A stretch of 64,000 nucleotides of DNA from Parcubacteria group bacterium (GTDB lineage: Bacteria > Patescibacteriota > Minisyncoccia > Phycocordibacterales > UBA2100), in NCBI GenBank assembly GCA_943358385.1, contig CALRGX010000001.1, positions 2,380-66,379 on the forward strand, read 5' to 3'. Positions 19,192 to 27,470 of the stretch are shown here, in pieces. Position numbers and translations under genes: made by a program. Each line of letters opens with the position of its first letter. Position 1 is the first letter of the stretch. The notes beneath the pieces were generated by a model that saw only the letters and a program-made list of their open reading frames with translations, was not told where the DNA came from and made no database searches.

Positions 19192-19387
19192 CAAAACGAA
19201 GAAGCTGGATGCATAAGCATTCAGCAATTTTCGTTTTGTAGCCACGACCAGGACTCGAAAGGCGGAGCTCGAATGAATACCGAGTGATATGCGGTAGAAA
19301 ACGAGCGAGCCAGGGCAGGAGCCACTTTCTCGAGCGCGGAGCTTCCGAGAGATTAGTGAGTTGCGCCGAGTCCTGGCGGGAGCACAA
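19192..19387 (+). repeat. tRNA-trailer structured element, copy A
   Basis: Hairpin, antisense T-arm (19248-19259), core shared with 26510-26665, then a 21-bp direct repeat of the tRNA 3' end (19367-19387 = 19174-19194). Confidence 0.85.
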
Positions 19388-19440
19388 GACGAGAAAAGTG
19401 TGGCTATTTTGTATAAGGCCAAATACGACGCCCCACTGAA

Positions 19441-19654
19441 GGGAGATCGTCCCAGAATCGCTGGCTTTTGTCTCGGCCTGAGGCCTAACAAAAGACCTTG
19501 CGTTCTTGGACGGCGCCTCGGATGTTTTGCTCATGGTGCTCGCAAAACATATCCTGCGACGCTTCGATTCTCCACGGAAAGTGCGTAGGCACTTTCCTCT
19601 GCGCCGACTGCTACAAAACTAAAGCTGCCTTGTAGGCAGCTTTAGTTTTGGCAG
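19441..19654 (-). repeat. tRNA-trailer structured element, copy C (different core)
   Basis: Hairpin, antisense T-arm (19563-19573), multi-hairpin core, degenerate T-arm copy (19441-19449). Confidence 0.65.
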
Positions 19655-19725
19655 TGCGGGCAGGGAGAATCGAACTCCCGACTCATCCTTGGCAAGGACG
19701 TGTTATACCACTTAACCATGCCCGC
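19655..19725 (-). tRNA. tRNA-Gly(GCC), CCA not encoded
   Basis: Acceptor GCGGGCA/TGCCCGC, loop TTGCCAA, T-arm GGGAG-TTCGATT-CTCCC. Confidence 0.95.
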
Positions 19726-19810
19726 AGCCCCCGCATATTCTCACACTATGCGGAGCTGTTCAACTCCATACCGGTGTATTCTCACACAAAGAACGGTGTT
19801 TGGCCCATCC

Positions 19811-20935
19811 CTACCTCGAGATTTCTTCCCGAGTGTCTTTGAAGAACGTAGGCGCAAATAGCGTTGCTAAGGTAATCAGTGTCACCATGATGGGAAACCA
19901 CTGGTTACTTCGGCATGAATCAAACGCAAACCAGAGGCCCAATAGGAGCGCGAATGGGACAAAAAGGGCAAGGGTGAAACGCCACCCGTTGCCCTGCAGA
20001 AGCGCAACTAAGAGGTTGATGACAAGGAGTGAGGCGACAATCTGAGCTATAAGTAGCACGGTCCACCACGACGTTGCCCAGCCACACTTCCCTACTTTCC
20101 CAGGCACTAAGGCGCCTGCCGCGTCTACGGGTACACCGCACTCTTTCGTAGGAGAAGTCACGACTGCCCTGCCGTCGCTTATACCTATAACGCGGTATGC
20201 GTACTGTGTTCCCGCGGTTACGCGTGTATCAACAAAGGTGAAGACTTTGCCGGAGACACTACCCAAACGTGTGAACGATGCGCCAGTGGCTGCCCGCTCG
20301 ATGGCGAATTCGCTCGATACTTTTGTCGGGGCGCTCCAGGAAAGTTCTACTTCTGCAGGAGCGCAAGACACTTCGAGGTCTATAGAAGCGCTGCCCGTTG
20401 TGCTCGGCATCATTGCGTTTGGTTGCGATGTGTTGCCGCCAGTCGTTGAGGGCGAGACTTGCGCTCCCGGCTTAGTTGATGGGCCAGTATATTCCACTGG
20501 CACAATCGCCGGTGTAACTGCACCCTGAGAGGCAGCGGGCAAGGTCACCAAGAAAGTTTGTGAGCTCAAGCAGCCCGTTCGGGAGAGTACTTGAACGTGG
20601 ATCGGCACACTTCCTGAAAGTGCATACCATCCTGGTACGTCAACGTGGACCTTTTGCGTAGATGTACCAGAAATCCAAACTGATGTGTAATTAGGAGTCA
20701 GCTCGATGTTTCCAACCGTAGTCTTAAGTATTGTTCCTGGAAGCCCACTGTGGAAGTAGTCGAACGAGTGAAGTTGCCCCTCATACACATAAGGGACAAA
20801 CCCAACAATCTCAGAAGGAATACATTGCGCAGAGACCGGTGTCTGTGCGTGCGCCTGATCCACTGGTGAGAAGACCAGAAACATGAGAAAGGCGATACCG
20901 AGCAAAGCCTTGAACGTGCTTTTTGCAGAGTGCAT
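19811..20935 (-). CDS. Exported membrane-anchored protein with FN3-like domain
   Basis: Signal peptide; LSWSAP...FVDTRV...YAYRV; three C-terminal TM helices. Confidence 0.8.
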   Translation of the reverse strand: MHSAKSTFKALLGIAFLMFLVFSPVDQAHAQTPVSAQCIPSEIVGFVPYVYEGQLHSFDYFHSGLPGTILKTTVGNIELTPNYTSVWISGTSTQKVHVDVPGWYALSGSVPIHVQVLSRTGCLSSQTFLVTLPAASQGAVTPAIVPVEYTGPSTKPGAQVSPSTTGGNTSQPNAMMPSTTGSASIDLEVSCAPAEVELSWSAPTKVSSEFAIERAATGASFTRLGSVSGKVFTFVDTRVTAGTQYAYRVIGISDGRAVVTSPTKECGVPVDAAGALVPGKVGKCGWATSWWTVLLIAQIVASLLVINLLVALLQGNGWRFTLALFVPFALLLGLWFAFDSCRSNQWFPIMVTLITLATLFAPTFFKDTREEISR

Positions 20936-21189
20936 AAATCGAGTGTACTGAATTAGTAAATTGAAGCGTGACGTCACCTCCCCCCTTTCGGGCAGGTGCT
21001 AGGGCCTTTTTAAGAGTCATGAACTGGGAAAGGCGCTATCTTTTGAGCAAAGGGGCTGGGTCAACAAGAATGTTGCTGTGGCTGTTCTATCACGGCGACC
21101 TACTTGCAGTCAAATCATTTTCTTGGCTTAAAATATAGCGATAATAGGGTTACGTCCTTGTGAACCGGAGACCTATAAAATAAGAGACG

Positions 21190-21219
21190 TGTGGATAAAC
21201 CCTGTGGACATGTGGATTA
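21190..21219. promoter_or_regulatory. DnaA-box cluster
   Basis: TGTGGATAA (21190, perfect), TGTGGACAT (21203), TGTGGATTA (21211). Confidence 0.6.
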
Positions 21220-21282
21220 ATCGGACAAATCTTGTCCCTTTTGGGTACAGACGGAGATACAGACCAATATGTTTCTTAGAAA

Positions 21283-21666
21283 CGTTTCACGTGAAAGCTT
21301 GGCTCGATTTTCCATTGTTTTCACATGAAACGAAACAAGGTGGCGGTCGAGTATAATAGAAACAAATCTATGTCTAAGAGAGAAACCAAGCATATTGGCG
21401 ATCTGGGCGAATCAATTGCTTGCAAATTTTTATTGCAGAAGGGTTACAAAATAGTAGAGCGCAATTTCCGTATTAAAGCGGGGGAGATTGATATTATTGC
21501 CAAGAAGGGCCCAAGGATTCATTTTGTTGAGGTTAAAGCAGTTTCACGTGAAAGTGCCCATTCGGCAGCAAAGACGCACGACCATAGACCAGAAGAGCTG
21601 GTTCATTCAAAAAAGGTACGCAAAATAAGAGCAGTAGCTGAATTCTATCTAGTTTCACGTGAAATC
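21283..21666. promoter_or_regulatory. Four parS-like palindromes
   Basis: GTTTCACGTGAAA at 21284, 21541, 21652 and TTTCACATGAAAC at 21319; consensus is TGTTTCACGTGAAACA. Confidence 0.75.
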
Positions 21667-21762
21667 AGTTTATCCGCACAGATCGATGTAGTTGCTGTCG
21701 AGATCGAAAAAAGCGCGCAGAGAGCCTCCTGCAGGCTTATAGAGCACGCTGAGTGGTTATAA
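21370..21762 (+). CDS. yraN: YraN (UPF0102) family nuclease
   Basis: GDLGE...GYKIVERNFR...GEIDII...FVEVK. Confidence 0.9.
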   Translation: MSKRETKHIGDLGESIACKFLLQKGYKIVERNFRIKAGEIDIIAKKGPRIHFVEVKAVSRESAHSAAKTHDHRPEELVHSKKVRKIRAVAEFYLVSREISLSAQIDVVAVEIEKSAQRASCRLIEHAEWL

Positions 21763-21839
21763 AGGACACTAGTTCTTCGAATGTCCTTTAGACAAAATAC
21801 CCACACATGGTATATTTCCACAGCCGGTGCGCAGGTAAT

Positions 21840-21910
21840 CGGGGCGTAGTATACCGGTAGTACGTCTGGTTTGGGACCAGATAGACCGAGTTCGATTCTC
21901 GGCGCCCCGA
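21840..21910 (+). tRNA. tRNA-Pro(UGG), CCA not encoded
   Basis: Acceptor CGGGGCG/CGCCCCG, arm TCTGG-TTTGGGA-CCAGA, T-loop TTCGATT. Confidence 0.95.
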
Positions 21911-22150
21911 CACGAAATAGAGCGATTGAAAATAAGTCAGTGCTGCCGAGCGTACTGTCTAGCATGCTGGGTTCCCGGGGTTTGCTACGAGAACGTCGCT
22001 AGTAACAGGTAAAAGGACCATCCTGAATGCAAGATTTTGTGAGGCTTAAGGCCGAACTCAAAACCTGGAATTCTGGCAATTCTCTGCAGCCAGACAAAAT
22101 TCAGGTACGTCTTATCCAATTGCTTTACCAAATCTCGGCCTAATATAGAG

Positions 22151-23945
22151 ATGCGTATGTCTACACACGACAGCAATCCTAAGAAACTTGTTTGGCACGA
22201 CTTGCTCCAGGCAGCTCGCGTGTTGTTTTTGTTTATTGCTGAGAGTCGAGCTCAGGCTTGGGCGCTTCTTTTGCTAGGCATGCTCTCTGCGGTCCTTGGC
22301 GCAGTAGTGCCCTATGCAGTAGGTAGTTTTGTGGACGGGCTTATATCACTTTCCACAGCTACTCCAGTATCTTGGCATTTTCCACTCGCGCTTTGGTTCA
22401 GCGTCACATCGTTTTCAGCACTGGTTGATTGGATTTTGGGCCTTCGTGCGACCAAATTAGGAAACCACATCTATTCGACTTCTGCTCATCGTTGGTATGG
22501 CTACCTACTCGGGCTACCGATTAGTTTTCATAAAGAGCAAAAGGGAGGGGAGACCTTAAACAAGATAAGCCGCTCTAGCGGCTACGCATCGCAGTTGGTC
22601 GACAACATCCTCTTGAATACCGGGCCGCAGATTCTCAGTATGTTTATTGGCATCGGTTTTGCGCTGTATCTGCAGCCTGTTTTAGCGGCGATTATTACTT
22701 TCGGGATGATGGTGTATGCAACCGTTTCAATACGAGCCGCACTGCCTTTGGCGCAACTACAGTTGGCGAATAACAAAGCATGGCATGAGGCTTACGGTGA
22801 CACGTATGATCTGTTGGGGAGTATCCATGCGGTCAAACAGTCGACCGCTGAAAAATTTGCGGACAAAAAGATATACGACGGCTTTGTGCTCAAGGCGGGT
22901 GTTGCCTCGAATGCTTCTGAAATGATATGGGTAAAGATTCGTTTTTTCCAACGACTTTCCGTCGTTTTTACACAACTCGCTGTATTTATTGGGTCGGTCT
23001 GGTTTGTGATGCAGGGGGAACTTTCGGTAGGCGCCTTGGTTGCCCTGAATGGATATAGCGCCATGGTGTTTGGACCATTGGCCAGCCTTGCCATGAATTG
23101 GAACACTATTCAGAACGGTTTAACGAGTATCTACGAAGTACAGGGAATCATGAGTCGCGCGCAAGAGGCGTACGACCGACCTGGAGCAGTTACGGTACAG
23201 AATGGCGCCGTTTCCTTTGAGCGTGTCTCCTTTGCCTACCCAGATGCACCTGATCGACAGATTCTCAAAGATGTATCTTTTACCATCACGGATGGGGAAA
23301 CAGTGGCGTTTGTAGGAGAGTCTGGGGTGGGGAAGAGCACCGTCATTGAACTTATTGGTGGTTACTACTACCCAACCAGTGGGAAAGTGCTGGTGGGCGA
23401 TGTGCCTACGGATGCAGTTTCTTTGAGCAACTTGCGCGATCTGATAGCGGTAGTCCCTCAGGAGCCGGTCTTGTTGAACGACACGGTGCTGAGTAATATC
23501 CGCTTTGGCAGGCAATCGGCGAGCGATGAGGAGGTGATCGACGCTGCAAAACAAGCGTATGCTCACGATTTTATCGACTCATTTCCTGAAAAGTATCAGC
23601 AGCTGGTTGGAGAGCGAGGCGTCAAATTGTCTGTAGGACAAAAGCAGCGCATTGCGATAGCGCGTGCGGTGCTGCGGAATCCTCGAATTTTGATTCTCGA
23701 TGAGCCCACTTCGGCGCTGGATGCTAAAACCGAGTCTCAAATAACCACATCCCTCGAGCACCTTATGAAAGGGAGAACGACTATCATTATCGCGCACCGA
23801 CTCTCCACTGTGCGAAAAGCTTCAAACATAATCGTTTTTGATGGCGGTGCAGTGGTTGAACAGGGGGGCGCACCAACAGCTCATGGCGAAAGAAGACGGA
23901 GTCTATAAAAAGCTGTATGAGTATCAGATAGGGCATCATAGCTAA
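22151..23945 (+). CDS. ABC exporter (fused TMD + NBD), apparent frameshift near the 3' end
   Basis: Six TMs, GESGVGKS, LSVGQKQR, ILDEPT, IAHRL; canonical tail is restored by removing one G from 23863-23868 (as written the ORF stops at 23908). Confidence 0.9.
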
Positions 23946-23967
23946 GGCGTTGTGCTATTCTCTCTGC

Positions 23968-24888
23968 ATGTCACTGCGATACCGATTCAAATCTAAAGAA
24001 GATGCCACGTTCAGGGAAGTGGAGGATTTTTGTGCTGGCGTTTGGATCGAGGTGGTCGCACCTACCGAAGAGGATGTGCAACTCTTGGTTGCGAAGCATG
24101 GTTTGGAAGAAGGGCACTTGCGCGATGCTCAAGACTTTTTCGAGGCTCCGCGACTCGAACTTGAGGAAGGTACCTCATATTTCTTCACACGTTTTCCTGC
24201 CCAAATCGAAGGAGAGACTACCACTGCGCCGATTTTGATTGCTATCGGAGACGACTTCGTACTGACGGTCATGCACGAACGTTCTGAGTGGGTTGATAAA
24301 ATGACACAACGCGTTGATGTGTATACCACGCAAAAAGCTAAATTCTTCCTGCACATCATTGCTGCTATTGAAAGGGAATACACCCGTGTATTTACAGGAG
24401 TGAGAAGGGAAGTGCGTCGGGCAAGACTTACTGTGCGCGATGTATCCGAATCCGCTATCGAACAATCAGTCCAAATGGAGTATGCGCTGAACGAGTTCGT
24501 GAGTGCTTTGGTGCCTACAAACAGTGCGCTCCAGGCCATGACCTCGGGGAAGCATCTACAATTTTTCGAGGAAGATCTTGAGATGGTGGAAGATGTACAA
24601 CTGGCAAATGCGCAGTTGATTGAAAGTGCAAAAAACAGCTTAAAAACAATTCAGAACATTCGCACGGCGCATGCTGCTTTGGTCTCTAATCGACTTAATA
24701 AAGTCGTCCGCACGCTCACTGCGCTCACCATCCTACTTACCATCCCAACGATTATTGGCGCTTTCTACGGCATGAATATACCGCTCCCTCTTCAGACAAG
24801 CGTGTATGCGTTTCCTTTGGTGGTAGTCGCGACTCTCTGTGTGATGGGTGCCGTCGCACATCTGTTTGTGAGAAACCGGTGGCTCTAG
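23968..24888 (+). CDS. corA: CorA-family divalent cation transporter
   Basis: C-terminal TM pair with YGMN motif. Confidence 0.9.
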   Translation: MSLRYRFKSKEDATFREVEDFCAGVWIEVVAPTEEDVQLLVAKHGLEEGHLRDAQDFFEAPRLELEEGTSYFFTRFPAQIEGETTTAPILIAIGDDFVLTVMHERSEWVDKMTQRVDVYTTQKAKFFLHIIAAIEREYTRVFTGVRREVRRARLTVRDVSESAIEQSVQMEYALNEFVSALVPTNSALQAMTSGKHLQFFEEDLEMVEDVQLANAQLIESAKNSLKTIQNIRTAHAALVSNRLNKVVRTLTALTILLTIPTIIGAFYGMNIPLPLQTSVYAFPLVVVATLCVMGAVAHLFVRNRWL

Positions 24889-24893
24889 CTGCA

Positions 24894-25988
24894 CTAAAGA
24901 CCTTGGAGGACTGCGGTAGTCAAGAGTGCTGCCAACATACGCCCTTTTGCTTCTCGATAGAGCGCAGAGCCAGTCCGAGGATCTGAGGTGAGGTGATATG
25001 ACAAATTTGAGCCGGTTTCTTGAATGAGGATCCGATCAATATGCGCCAATGTAAGGGCGCGCAAATCACGTTCGGCCGTTGTTTTGGCGTCACTCGAGGT
25101 GACAATGAGGCCAACCAACTTACCCCACGCATTTACTAATGCTCCGCCCGAGGAACCTTGTTGTGCGACTATGACACCACCCAATGACAGCAAATCAATG
25201 GTCTGGTCAGAGAACGTGTACAGCCGCTTGATGGTGGCGATGGTCGATATGAGAGAAAGGTCGTTGTATATGGTGATCGCACCGGCAAAGCCAGCTGGGT
25301 AACTTGCGGCCAGTGCTTTTTCTTCCGTGAGGATGACTCCATCGCGCGTGTCCGGTTCAATGTATGGCAATGGCAGAGAGAGGGGTGTGTCAATGGGTTC
25401 AAGTGCAATGAGCGCGAAATCGTACTCGCCGGTGCCTGTGGGGCGTGCAATGCGGATATCTTTTGCATGTTGTGCGAGCCATGTTTCGGAAATGTACAAC
25501 AGGCGGGGTTTCCATTGAGTTTTTGCAGGGGATCCTGTGCGCACGAAACACTCCATAGCAATGGGCGACGAATCCTGGAGGAGTATGTATTGTCCTATGT
25601 GCGCATTGGTGAGCACGATGCCCTTGCCATCAATTATGACGCCGCTGCCGCTCACAGGGTTGAGGTCATTTCCAGTGGCTGTGCAGAGTATGTTGACTAA
25701 GGCACTTCGGGCTTGAGTATTTACCGTCTCGAAAGAAAAGGGTGGAGTGGCATACATCGCCTCCTCTACTAGAACGGTCGTACTTTCTTCGGTGTTTTGA
25801 GGTGGTGCAGTTGCACGCAATTTTTCCGTGGGTGGTGTGGGTATGACCGTTGCAGCTGTCGCTGCGGCGGTATGCGTTTGCACCGCTTGGCGAGGGACGT
25901 AGTGAGTGTATGAACCCGTGCCCCATGGGTGGATGAGCGCTCCCATAAGTAGGGCTACAATAAAAGTAAGGAGGACACGTGCGTGCAT
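24894..25988 (-). CDS. Trypsin-like serine protease, membrane-anchored
   Basis: GSGVII, TNAH, YDFA, QGSSGG catalytic motifs. Confidence 0.85.
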   Translation of the reverse strand: MHARVLLTFIVALLMGALIHPWGTGSYTHYVPRQAVQTHTAAATAATVIPTPPTEKLRATAPPQNTEESTTVLVEEAMYATPPFSFETVNTQARSALVNILCTATGNDLNPVSGSGVIIDGKGIVLTNAHIGQYILLQDSSPIAMECFVRTGSPAKTQWKPRLLYISETWLAQHAKDIRIARPTGTGEYDFALIALEPIDTPLSLPLPYIEPDTRDGVILTEEKALAASYPAGFAGAITIYNDLSLISTIATIKRLYTFSDQTIDLLSLGGVIVAQQGSSGGALVNAWGKLVGLIVTSSDAKTTAERDLRALTLAHIDRILIQETGSNLSYHLTSDPRTGSALYREAKGRMLAALLTTAVLQGL

Positions 25989-26131
25989 GCTCGTATTATT
26001 GGCACAGACCGAAGACGAACGCAAAGAAGAGATGCTGATTCTCCTTGTGGAGATGAAAGACTTGACCATTTCAGAATGATTCATACAATACGACTGCCTG
26101 CATGCAGGTTTAGCAAATAATTCTTTGTGCT

Positions 26132-26284
26132 ATGGCGGATGACGACCGAGACCTACCAGAAAAAGAGGAAGAGATTGAGATACCAGAGATTGCTGCTGCT
26201 CTCCTTGGTGAAGAGGAAGTTCCCCTTGCTGACGAGGATGATCCTCTGATGGGCGATTTTGATGAGGAAGAAGATGACGAATAG
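26132..26284 (+). CDS. Small highly acidic protein (50 aa)
   Basis: MADDDRDLPEKEEEIEIPEIAAALLGEEEVPLADEDDPLMGDFDEEEDDE, followed by a terminator-like hairpin. Confidence 0.7.
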   Translation: MADDDRDLPEKEEEIEIPEIAAALLGEEEVPLADEDDPLMGDFDEEEDDE

Positions 26285-26369
26285 AAAGAGATAAAACCAA
26301 AAAGAGGCCCGCCTGGGGCCCCTTTGGTTTTTGGCAAAGTGTAGTGTATTCTCTCTACACGTGCCATTT

Positions 26370-26440
26370 GCGGGGTTAGTTTAGTGGTAAAACGAGAGTT
26401 TTCCAAACTTTTGTCGGGAGTTCGATTCTCCCACCCCGCA
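26370..26440 (+). tRNA. tRNA-Gly(UCC), CCA not encoded
   Basis: Acceptor GCGGGGT/ACCCCGC, loop TTTCCAA, T-arm GGGAG-TTCGATT-CTCCC. Confidence 0.93.
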
Positions 26441-26673
26441 CTGAAACAGGAAGCCCTACATGTATATGTAGGGCGACCTTGTTTCCGTAGCGACGGGTGG
26501 AGAATCGAAAAGCGGAGCTCGAATGAATACCGAGCACAGCGAGGTAGAAAACGAGCGAGCTCGGCGTAGGTTTTCTTATATGCACGCTTTTAGAAAACCA
26601 AGTGCAAAGCTCAGGAACCACTTTCTCGAGTGCGAAGCTTGCGAGAGATTAGTGAGTTGCGCCGATTCTCCCA
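26441..26673 (+). repeat. tRNA-trailer structured element, copy B
   Basis: Hairpin, antisense T-arm (26499-26509), core shared with copy A, T-arm direct repeat CGATTCTCCCA (26663-26673 = 26423-26433). Confidence 0.85.
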
Positions 26674-26727
26674 ATAAAACAAGGCGACAGCTCTGCTGTC
26701 GCCTTGTTTTATTGAGAAGACCTCTGC

Positions 26728-26832
26728 TTACGCAGCCGGTGTTTCTGCAGGAGCTTCTTTGTGGCAAGGGCACTCGCATGGGTCCATTTTGCAAGTTTCT
26801 GCTCCTTGGCAAGTGCACATTTTTTCGTCCAT
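26728..26832 (-). CDS. Cys-rich mini-protein, metallothionein-like (34 aa)
   Basis: MDEKMCTCQGAETCKMDPCECPCHKEAPAETPAA; TATAAT upstream, hairpin downstream. Confidence 0.65.
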   Translation of the reverse strand: MDEKMCTCQGAETCKMDPCECPCHKEAPAETPAA

Positions 26833-27018
26833 AATAGTCAGAAGATTTATTCAGCAACCTCCGAGAAGATTGCGCTGCTGATAATCATTCCGCCCGTTTG
26901 TACAAGCGTTCTGAAATTATACACATGAGTCTGAAGTTCATGAAAGGGGACCGCCCTTCTGTGTGGAAATCAAAACGACTGCCGGGGGCAGTCGTTTTGA
27001 TTTGTAGTGCAAGGATGC

Positions 27019-27291
27019 TTATTTAACAGCGTCCTTCAGCGTCTTTGAAGCGCTAAACTTAGGAACGCGCATCGATGGAATCTGCACTGCCTCTCCGGTG
27101 CGTGGGTTTCTGCCTTCGCGCGCGGCACGTATGCGTGCGGTGAATTTGCCCAGCCCTGCGATAGCTACCTCTTCGCCTTTCTTGAGCGTCCCGGTAATGG
27201 TATCGAGTACCACGTCCATCATGCGCTCTGCGTCTGCTTTAGTGCATCCACACTTCTCGGCTATCTTGTCGATAATGTCTGCCTTGTTCAT
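27019..27291 (-). CDS. hup: DNA-binding protein HU
   Basis: MNKADII..., GLGKF, AREGRNPRTGE, PKFSASKTLK. Confidence 0.95.
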   Translation of the reverse strand: MNKADIIDKIAEKCGCTKADAERMMDVVLDTITGTLKKGEEVAIAGLGKFTARIRAAREGRNPRTGEAVQIPSMRVPKFSASKTLKDAVK

Positions 27292-27470
27292 AGGTATTGT
27301 GTATAAATATCATTAATCTCGACCAAGAGGATACACCTACATTCTTTGGCAAACTGAATTTCGTGTCAACCCTGCGGAAAATCAAGTGTGAATAGTGATT
27401 TATTAGCAAATATATTGTGTAATGTTTTGTGACTCAATGTTTGGTGTGCACATGATAAAATCATGAACAT

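Noticed and set aside
19174-19387. tRNA 3' direct repeat as attL/attR of a classical island
   Set aside because: Only about 170 bp apart with no integrase; it does not explain the antisense arm or the core shared with another tRNA
19064-19534. 156-aa ORF across tRNA-Arg
   Set aside because: Antisense to a tRNA and its structured trailer; no protein features
21911-22150. Trailer element or gene remnant after tRNA-Pro
   Set aside because: No antisense or direct copy of the T-arm and no convincing ORF
26132-26284. Acidic peptide as Pup/UBact
   Set aside because: No C-terminal GGE/GGQ and no ligase or proteasome genes in the window
19192-26673. Repeats as a CRISPR array
   Set aside because: No regular repeat-spacer period and no cas genes
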